This document shows, piece by piece, positions 25,283-32,000 of a stretch of 32,000 nucleotides of DNA (within the stretch, counting starts at the first letter, position 1; the number at the start of each line of letters is the position of its first letter). The stretch is from the NCBI RefSeq assembly GCF_000018305.1, contig NC_009954.1, positions 990,001-1,022,000 of the forward strand, given 5' to 3'. The notes below the pieces were generated by a model. It ran no database searches and was not told the origin of the DNA. It worked only from the letters and a program-made list of their open reading frames with translations. Position numbers and translations under genes: made by a program. The DNA comes from Caldivirga maquilingensis IC-167. GTDB lineage: Archaea; Thermoproteota; Thermoprotei; Thermoproteales; Thermocladiaceae.

Positions 25283-27295
25283 ATGTCATTTAGAGGGAAG
25301 TTACTTGGAGTAGTGGCGATAGTGATAGCGGGTTTAATACTATACGGTACGGCTATTTACCTAGCCACTGCAACCCAGCAGGCAACCCCGACTCAAAACC
25401 AAGCAGTATCAATCACCCTACCCTACTATGCTGAGGTTCAGTACATTGATGTGATTAACCAGACTGTTCAATTATCAATACCTGCAGGAGGCACCTACAC
25501 GGTCACTGCACCATTACCCCCGGGTCCAGGCTATAGTTTAGAGTACCTTGAGGTTTACTTCCCCACACCTCTTCCATCAATAGGTGTTTCAGGTAATATA
25601 CTGAAGAGTGTTAATGAGTACGGCTTCATAACCTCAGTTTACTCACCATCAGGCTCAATAGTATTGGTTAATTCAGGTCAGAACACTGTTAACGGTACAA
25701 TAGTTGTTTCATCAGTCTTCGTTAAAACAATCTACGTACCCTTAACTAACCAGTCATCAATAAACATAACTGCACCGGACTACACCTACCAGTACGTTAC
25801 TGACCAGTACGTGGAGTTAACAATACCAAATAACGCGCCCTTCAGTGTGAAGGATGTTGTGCTACCCAACGGTAGTGCCTTCAGTCAATTAGTTGAGAAG
25901 TGGAGTGGTAATGTTACTGCTATTCAATTAGACTACAAGCATATTAAGCTTGATATGGCTTACTTACCCTCAGGTAACTATAGTGTTGAATTACTTCAAG
26001 GCTCACAGTACGAGATGCCCTTCGCAATGCTGGTTAAGGGTACTCAATTCTACAACACCACTGTTGATGCCCATAGTCAAGTCATAATAACCACTAATAA
26101 TTTCGGAATACCCTCAGGCTGGTCAATAATGGGTTACGTGGTAACGGTCTACACGGTTCAGCCACTGGTGGTTGGTGAAACAGGTGGTACATTCATTGTG
26201 GAGGCTAATAGGGTTTCACCAGTATACACGCTGAGTCAGCTTATTGTGGTTCATGGTGTTAGCTACATACTACCACCCTTCATAAGATTCATGCCAATCA
26301 TTGGGATTTACGTAATATACGATACTCAATTCAAGGTAGTTAACCCACTGAACGTGCCAGTCATTGTTGAATACATGCCGATAATCTATAAGCCTGTTGG
26401 TCAATGGAGTAATGGTAACCTGCAGGTTCAGGTTTACCAGAGTGATGTGGCTCAAGGTATGTGGACGTCACTAGTTGTTCAACTACCTGAGACCGCAACA
26501 ATAACCAGTATAGTTACCCCAAGCGGCACCACTTACAGTGGTTACACCTCATCAGAGTTGCCGTGGGGTAGTGAGTTCAGGTTGATATCAATATCACCGG
26601 ATGGTCATGAAGCTTACATTGCAGTAAGCACACTGGGTGTATCTCAGCCAGGCCTCTACACGGTTAACGTGCATTGGGATCCATTAATAGTTAGTGTTCA
26701 TAACACCTATGGTTCACCAGTGAGTGCTGTGGTTGCTGCGTCACAGAATGGGCAGGTTTACGGCACCTTCAACACTAATGCAAGCGGCATAGCTCTAGTG
26801 AGTGTAAGCAACCCGTACCCGGTTTCATTATCAATATACTATGAGGGTGTTGATGCATATAACATTGGAGTCACGACACTAATTAAGAGGCCAATAGATG
26901 TGACTCTAGGAGTCTACAATGTAACAGCCATAGTTGTCGGTTTCTTCAACCAGGCAATTAGTAAGGCTAACGTAACCATGTATAGGATTGGTACTGGGCC
27001 GGTTTACTCACAGTTAACTGGGCCAAACGGTGCCACTCAATTAAACGGAGTCTTAACAGGTGTCTACCAGTTAACCGCCTCATATGGTCATGCCAAGTAC
27101 AGTAAATTCCTAACTGTTGATTCTGATGAGGTGGCTTTAATTAAGACCAATATATTAACCATAATAAATGGCTTCCCAATAACGACCGGTGATGCAATAA
27201 TTGGGGCCGTTGGTATACCTGCCATTGCTGGGGTTGCATACGCAATTAAGAGTCTAGTGGATAGGAGGAGGCCTTATCACGTTGAGACCACGTAA
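25283..27295 (+). CDS. Large sequon-rich surface protein with N-terminal anchor and C-terminal TM (S-layer-associated or adhesin-like)
   Basis: TM helix at aa ~10-30 and C-terminal IIGAVGIPAIAGVAYAI followed by RRRP. Beta-rich with many N-x-S/T sequons. C-terminal repeats resemble carboxypeptidase-regulatory-like beta-sandwiches (GATQLNGVLTGVYQLTASYGHAKYS). The ATG at 25283 lies about 25 nt downstream of TTATAAAT. Confidence 0.7.
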   Translation: MSFRGKLLGVVAIVIAGLILYGTAIYLATATQQATPTQNQAVSITLPYYAEVQYIDVINQTVQLSIPAGGTYTVTAPLPPGPGYSLEYLEVYFPTPLPSIGVSGNILKSVNEYGFITSVYSPSGSIVLVNSGQNTVNGTIVVSSVFVKTIYVPLTNQSSINITAPDYTYQYVTDQYVELTIPNNAPFSVKDVVLPNGSAFSQLVEKWSGNVTAIQLDYKHIKLDMAYLPSGNYSVELLQGSQYEMPFAMLVKGTQFYNTTVDAHSQVIITTNNFGIPSGWSIMGYVVTVYTVQPLVVGETGGTFIVEANRVSPVYTLSQLIVVHGVSYILPPFIRFMPIIGIYVIYDTQFKVVNPLNVPVIVEYMPIIYKPVGQWSNGNLQVQVYQSDVAQGMWTSLVVQLPETATITSIVTPSGTTYSGYTSSELPWGSEFRLISISPDGHEAYIAVSTLGVSQPGLYTVNVHWDPLIVSVHNTYGSPVSAVVAASQNGQVYGTFNTNASGIALVSVSNPYPVSLSIYYEGVDAYNIGVTTLIKRPIDVTLGVYNVTAIVVGFFNQAISKANVTMYRIGTGPVYSQLTGPNGATQLNGVLTGVYQLTASYGHAKYSKFLTVDSDEVALIKTNILTIINGFPITTGDAIIGAVGIPAIAGVAYAIKSLVDRRRPYHVETT

Positions 27296-27394
27296 GTGAG
27301 TTAAAAACACACTCATTAAAATTAAATAATCAATATCTAAATCCTCATTATCCATGAGCAGGGATACTTTTTTTAACCCAATACGTGCTTAGTT

Positions 27395-27456
27395 AGGATT
27401 AGTGATGAAGCAGCTCGATTATGAGTGGTGAATTAGCCTTTGATTACTGACTTCCT
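27395..27456 (+). ncRNA. C/D-box sRNA candidate (2'-O-methylation guide)
   Basis: C GTGATGA (27402-27408), 12 nt, D' ATGA (27421-27424), GTG, C' GTGAATT (27428-27434), 12 nt, D CTGA (27447-27450). AGGA/TCCT terminal stem. TATA-like T7AA at 27368-27376. Confidence 0.55.
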
Positions 27457-27960
27457 CGTTAACTCAATCCTACAGGGTAACGGTAACTTAGCCCTAGCCC
27501 TATTCAACGCCTCCTTAGCGTGGGTAATATTCCTATCCTCAACCTCAACAATCATTAAAACCTCCCCAGGCTCAATCTGAATAGCCCTACCAGTGGGTAC
27601 ACCGAAGGCAAGCCTCATACCTTCCTGTAAACGGTCGGCACCAGCCATAGCTAACATCTTATTCTCCCTAATAACATGGTGGGGGTACTTAATTATCTTC
27701 AGGTAGAAGTTTTGATCCGTTAGGACTTTAGATAAGTACTTATAGGCCATCTGCCTAGCAGCCTCAAGGGCATTAACCCTAATTTGACCACCCTCAAGAA
27801 CCCTAAGCACTGCAACTGAAGTAAACCTCTCCCTGTCCTTAGCCTTAGTGGCCCCCATCTCAAACCTAGGTATCTGGACGTAGGGGGCGCCGTGAATATA
27901 CTTCAGCCTAGTGTACGGTCTCTTGATCCTTTTATAACACCTAGCAGGCCTTAATGGCAT
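27433..27960 (-). CDS. rpl10e: Ribosomal protein uL16 (L10e)
   Basis: MPLRPARCYKRIKRPYTRLKYIHGAPYVQIPRFEMG is the classic L10e N-terminus. ATG at 27960; the track's 27966 is an upstream TTG. Confidence 0.95.
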   Translation of the reverse strand: MPLRPARCYKRIKRPYTRLKYIHGAPYVQIPRFEMGATKAKDRERFTSVAVLRVLEGGQIRVNALEAARQMAYKYLSKVLTDQNFYLKIIKYPHHVIRENKMLAMAGADRLQEGMRLAFGVPTGRAIQIEPGEVLMIVEVEDRNITHAKEALNRARAKLPLPCRIELTRKSVIKG

Positions 27961-28044
27961 AAGCAACCACTGCCCAGTACCCCTTTAAAACTATACTCAA
28001 TAATCCCAGTAATCCAATAACATAACTGTAATATCCTTTAATTT

Positions 28045-29949
28045 TCAACCACCATAGTAATCGATTAATGGTACCCAAACAGTCATGGGCCCTGGGTCTC
28101 TATTGGCCCATGCGTAATACGGTATAGCCCTAAACTTAATGGACCTTAAACTAAGCCTAATGTCATTAAGTGACTTATACAATTCACCTTGACTTCTCAA
28201 CTCATAGGCCTCACCCTCAATCACAACTACACCATTAAGCAAATTCTCAACGTACTTAGCCTCAAGACGGCAGGTGCGTTTAAGGACAATATCCCATACA
28301 TCAACACCCGGGTTATCAACTTGCTCAAGGCAATACACCAATGGGCCCCTCTTAATAGCAACCCTAGCCGTATTAGCTAATACGTGTGGATGGGAGGCAA
28401 TAAGCTCAATGGACATAGGTATCCTTAGGATAACTTCATCCCCACTCCTCCAAGTCCTCTTAACCCCTAAGTACGTTGATGGCTTTAATTCAACACCTTG
28501 CTCGACACCATTGATAAGTAACTTACCTCCACGGCTCCAGCCAGGTATCCTTAAGTATATTGTGAATTCATCCTCCTTACTTGGGTTAACGGTAACCTTA
28601 ACTTCCCCATCCCATGGGTAATCTGTATTAACCTTAAGCTCCACAATACCACCGTTAAGGTTAACCTTGGCCTCTGAAGCTATGTAGAGGTGAATCCATA
28701 CACCGTCACTGGATGTTGAGTATATGTAGCCTGGTAGTGATGCGATTAGCCTTGCAATATTAGGTGGGCAGCATGCTACATCAAACCAAGGCTGCCTCCT
28801 ATGCCAACCCCTGTTTGCCAATGGATTAACGTAGAAGTATGATTTACCATCCAGTGATATTCCTGCTAACGCAGCATTATATAGGGCTAACTCCATAATA
28901 TCCGCGTACTTAGCATCACCAGTGGCCAGCAGCATCCTGTAATTCCACATTACATTAGCCACTGCGGCGCATGTTTCTGAGTAAGCCCTATCATTAGGTA
29001 ACTCATATGGTTCACCTATTGCCTCACCCTCATGCCTAGAACCAACACCACCGGTAACGTACATTCTAGTGCCTGTTAAGTCAACCCAAAGGTTACTTAA
29101 AGCCTCCCACAGTGCCTTATCCCCAGTCTCCATGACGACGTCGGTTGCACCAGACATGAGGTATAGGAACCTAACCGCATGAACACCAGTTGGTACTTCA
29201 CGTAAATCCTTAAGCGGTTTATGGTCTATGAAGTACTCATCACCTGCATCCCATGACCCAGGCATTCTAAAATTCCTCAAAACACCCCTCCCCCTACTCT
29301 CTATCTGAAAAACAGCCTCCTCCAGGAACCTCTTATCCCCCGACTCCCTGTATAACTCAACCATGGCCATTTCGACCTCTGGATGACCATCAACCGCCAA
29401 TAGGCCACTGGGGTTAATGACATCAACAATGTGGTTGCCTAATCTCAACGCCACATTATACAACCTTACACATACGCCACTCCTCCTACAGGCAACTGCC
29501 GCTTGAATTAAGTGACCTGCGCAGTATAGTTCATGGGATTGCCTAAGGTACCTATACCTCTCCCCTAACCTATGGTAGAAGTAGGTGTTAATGTAGCCGT
29601 CAGGCAATTGAGCCTCCGCAACAATATCAACGACATCATTAAGCACCTTAATTAATTGATCATTACGCCTATTAACCAAGGCCCATGCAGTGGCTTCAAT
29701 CCACTTATAGACGTCAGAATCATTGAAGAGTATGCCCCTAAAACCACCCTTAACCCTGCCGGAAACTACCCTGAAATTATCAATCCGCCCAGTTTCCTCA
29801 AGAAGATTATACATTGTAGGTAATGTTACATTAACTAATTTATCCAACCTAGGTGACCAGAAGCCATCAGTGAGCTTAACATCACTCATCGAGACTGGTC
29901 TTAACTTGGCATAGGGGCTTCTAGAGGTATCAACAATAAAGACACCCAT
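28045..29949 (-). CDS. Glycoside hydrolase family 127 (DUF1680, beta-L-arabinofuranosidase-like)
   Basis: Family hallmarks YVTGGVGS...GEAIG, AYSETCAA and the Cys cluster FDVACCPPNIARL. Confidence 0.85.
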   Translation of the reverse strand: MGVFIVDTSRSPYAKLRPVSMSDVKLTDGFWSPRLDKLVNVTLPTMYNLLEETGRIDNFRVVSGRVKGGFRGILFNDSDVYKWIEATAWALVNRRNDQLIKVLNDVVDIVAEAQLPDGYINTYFYHRLGERYRYLRQSHELYCAGHLIQAAVACRRSGVCVRLYNVALRLGNHIVDVINPSGLLAVDGHPEVEMAMVELYRESGDKRFLEEAVFQIESRGRGVLRNFRMPGSWDAGDEYFIDHKPLKDLREVPTGVHAVRFLYLMSGATDVVMETGDKALWEALSNLWVDLTGTRMYVTGGVGSRHEGEAIGEPYELPNDRAYSETCAAVANVMWNYRMLLATGDAKYADIMELALYNAALAGISLDGKSYFYVNPLANRGWHRRQPWFDVACCPPNIARLIASLPGYIYSTSSDGVWIHLYIASEAKVNLNGGIVELKVNTDYPWDGEVKVTVNPSKEDEFTIYLRIPGWSRGGKLLINGVEQGVELKPSTYLGVKRTWRSGDEVILRIPMSIELIASHPHVLANTARVAIKRGPLVYCLEQVDNPGVDVWDIVLKRTCRLEAKYVENLLNGVVVIEGEAYELRSQGELYKSLNDIRLSLRSIKFRAIPYYAWANRDPGPMTVWVPLIDYYGG

Positions 29950-30060
29950 TATAATACATGTTACTTAAGGTATTAAAGTATTGTGGGTGGGTGTTTATTA
30001 GTATACAAAATTAAAATATGTAATGTTAATCTTTAATATAGGGGATTCCATGTATTAAGC

Positions 30061-30747
30061 ATGGTTAAGTGGATGAAGCTTACGGTAATTAATGATAATG
30101 AACCTAATCCACCATTGCTTAATGATTGGGGATGGAGTATACTTATTGAGACTGATAAATGGGTTCTACTGTATGATGCTGACACTGAACCGGGAATCAT
30201 GGAGAATAACATTAATGCCCTGGGTATTGACCTCAGGGGAGTGAATGCCGCATTTCTAAGTCACTATCATGCAGACCACTATGGGGGATTTAGATACATT
30301 GGTGAGGTTAAGAGGGGTCTTGTGGTTTATGTGCCTGAGGAGGATAAGATCTTGGCCAAGTGGGGTCTTAGGCCAGTTACAGTTAATTCACCTAGTGGGA
30401 TTCTTGAGGATGCGGTAACTACAGGTGTTATGAGGGGTATGGGTGTTAATGAGCATTCCCTAATTGTTAAACTAGATGGCTATGGCCCAGTGATTATTGT
30501 GGGTTGTTCTCATCCTGGTATTGATAATATTGTTAAGAGAGTTTATGAAATGTTTAATAGTGTTTATCTAGTGATTGGAGGATTCCATGAACCATTAAGG
30601 CATCAACTTAATACTGTCGTGGAGTACTCAAGATACGTATGTCCAGCCCACTGTTCAGGTGATGATGCTAGGAGTTATGTGAAGAACAATTACCCAGAAA
30701 AATACTGTGGGATTAAGACTGGAGTTAGGCTTAGGTTACCGATGTAA
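30061..30747 (+). CDS. MBL-fold metallo-hydrolase (COG1237-type)
   Basis: HxHxDH motif SHYHADHYGG and later GCSHPG and GGFH metal-ligand contexts. Confidence 0.8.
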   Translation: MVKWMKLTVINDNEPNPPLLNDWGWSILIETDKWVLLYDADTEPGIMENNINALGIDLRGVNAAFLSHYHADHYGGFRYIGEVKRGLVVYVPEEDKILAKWGLRPVTVNSPSGILEDAVTTGVMRGMGVNEHSLIVKLDGYGPVIIVGCSHPGIDNIVKRVYEMFNSVYLVIGGFHEPLRHQLNTVVEYSRYVCPAHCSGDDARSYVKNNYPEKYCGIKTGVRLRLPM

Positions 30748-30910
30748 ATACACTTAGAAATATTACTCCAAGTATATAATTTAGGTAGGTTTGAATTAAA
30801 AGCATTACCTTAAACCTAGGTTATGCAGTAAGGCTCATTTAATTATTGGTGAAGGTACATGAACTGTATGAGGGAATAACATTTAAGTCCCTAAACTAGG
30901 AAATACAATG

Positions 30911-30962
30911 CAGTGATTAAAGACTAACTGCTGAGGGGTGATGAACTGGCGACAGTATGAGG
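30911..30962 (+). ncRNA. C/D-box sRNA candidate with degenerate terminal boxes
   Basis: C GTGATTA (30913-30919), 11 nt, D' CTGA (30931-30934), GGG, C' GTGATGA (30938-30944), 12 nt, D ATGA (30957-30960). TATA-like ACATTTAAG at 30879-30887. Confidence 0.4.
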
Positions 30963-31008
30963 TAACTTAATGGTGAAAGCTAAATTAAGTTGAGTAAATT
31001 ATCCCAGT

Positions 31009-31392
31009 GTGGGTGTTTTAAGGAGGTTCCTAGTATATGTAACAAAGGACCTAGGTGGTGAGGCTAAGTACGTTGATGCCGTTACGTTCTGTAACCAAGG
31101 TGAATCAGTGATTAGGGTTAAGGTGGTTTACCAGGGGGCGTTCACTAGGACTGGTCTTGAGAAGTACGTTAAGGGCATTAGGCTTATATTTAATGACGGG
31201 GTAATTGTTGGTGAGGGTAATGAATCAACACCCATCCTAAGCCTAAGTAGTGGGCAGTGTATTAAGGGTACATTAATGTATTATATTGATCCTGAAATAA
31301 CCACTCAACTTAACCCTGTTAGGGTTAATTTAATTAAGAAGGGTTTAATGTTCATTGCTGGTTACCAATTTGATGTAGTTACCGTGGATTAA
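31009..31392 (+). CDS. Hypothetical protein (127 aa), beta-rich
   Basis: GTG-initiated ORF with normal composition. No family recognised. Confidence 0.4.
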   Translation: MGVLRRFLVYVTKDLGGEAKYVDAVTFCNQGESVIRVKVVYQGAFTRTGLEKYVKGIRLIFNDGVIVGEGNESTPILSLSSGQCIKGTLMYYIDPEITTQLNPVRVNLIKKGLMFIAGYQFDVVTVD

Positions 31393-31438
31393 TTCAAAGT
31401 TAAGTTAAATTAATAAGTCTACTTACGCATTAACCCAT

Positions 31439-32000
31439 ATGCAGTACTTTAAGTTACCTGACAGGATAAGCACTATTGATGAGCTTGAGGATTTATTATC
31501 AACACCGTATCCTGAAACCATAAGTGACTTAAAGGAAGTTGACGGTGATATAATGATACTGGGTGCTGGCGGTAAGATAGGCCCGTCATTAAGCATTATG
31601 GCGGCTAGGGCTGTTAAGGCCAGTGACCTTAGGAGAAGAGTGATTGCGGTTTCCAGGTTCAGTAGAGGTGACTTACCCAGTAGGCTTAAGGAAATGGGTG
31701 TTGAAGTTATAAGTGCTGATTTAAGTAATGAGGATGATGTCGCCAAGCTACCTGACGCTGAGAACATAATATTCATGGTTGGTAGGAAATTCGGGACAAG
31801 TAGTGAACCTGAATTAACCTGGATAACAAACACCTACGTACCCGCACTGGTGGCAAGGAGATTCCCTAAGTCCAGGTTCATAGTTTTCTCAACAGGCAAT
31901 GTTTACCCACTTGTCCCATTACACTCAGGCGGCGCCACTGAGTCAACTAAGACTGGGCCAATTGGTGAATACGCATGGGCGGCGTTAGCCAGGGAGAGGA
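31439..32000 (+). CDS. NAD-dependent epimerase/dehydratase-family protein (5' partial, runs off the window)
   Basis: Not in the supplied track because it has no stop in the window. The ATG at 31439 opens a frame to 32000 that encodes the Rossmann motif IMILGAGGKIGPSL, then FSTGNVYP and GEYAWAALARE. The listed minus ORF 31423-31833 is its shadow. Confidence 0.75.
   Translation, partial: MQYFKLPDRISTIDELEDLLSTPYPETISDLKEVDGDIMILGAGGKIGPSLSIMAARAVKASDLRRRVIAVSRFSRGDLPSRLKEMGVEVISADLSNEDDVAKLPDAENIIFMVGRKFGTSSEPELTWITNTYVPALVARRFPKSRFIVFSTGNVYPLVPLHSGGATESTKTGPIGEYAWAALARER

Noticed and set aside
31423-31833. 136-aa minus-strand ORF listed in the track.
   Set aside because: It is the shadow of an unlisted + strand ORF (31439 to beyond 32000) that encodes a clear Rossmann-fold epimerase/dehydratase.
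1-32000. Search for CRISPR arrays, tRNA/rRNA genes, IS elements or transposases, integrases and long direct repeats (att sites).
   Set aside because: By eye I saw no regularly spaced repeats, no tRNA T-arm or acceptor signatures outside coding sequence, and no transposase- or integrase-like ORF. A computational repeat search could still find short att-like duplicates that I missed.

Overview
Moderately AT-rich archaeal chromosomal segment. Gene content points to a hyperthermophilic crenarchaeon of the Thermoproteales type (inference): Spt5, Pus10, uL16/L10e, uL29, mevalonate kinase, a DGGGP-synthase-like UbiA prenyltransferase and a membrane H+-pyrophosphatase. AGG/AGA/ATA codon use and sequon-rich surface proteins fit this. 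So do TATA boxes centred about 26 nt upstream of start codons, which imply leaderless mRNAs. I call about 33 protein genes, tightly packed on both strands, and most are housekeeping or metabolic. I found no rRNA, tRNA, CRISPR array, transposase or integrase. The parts the ORF track does not explain are mainly RNA-level. (1) The 468-bp spacer at 5113-5580 holds two GC-rich, promoter-equipped structured-RNA modules, and the 5' tail of one is a 21-nt match to the 3' arm of the other. (2) Two intergenic C/D-box sRNA candidates (27.40 kb and 30.91 kb) have canonical 12-nt spacers and co-varying degenerate boxes. (3) A threonine dehydratase gene has a PLP-binding N-terminal third with no in-frame canonical start, while a TATA-positioned leaderless GTG sits one frame off. 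Protein-level oddities are a surface-exposed ATPase-less Lon (S16) protease fusion, a nuclease-like plus ParA-like two-gene module flanked by long empty spacers, a uL29 with an HTH-like tail, and two overlapping mini-ORFs joined across an A6 tract. All functional calls rest on motifs I recognise by eye; no database search was run.
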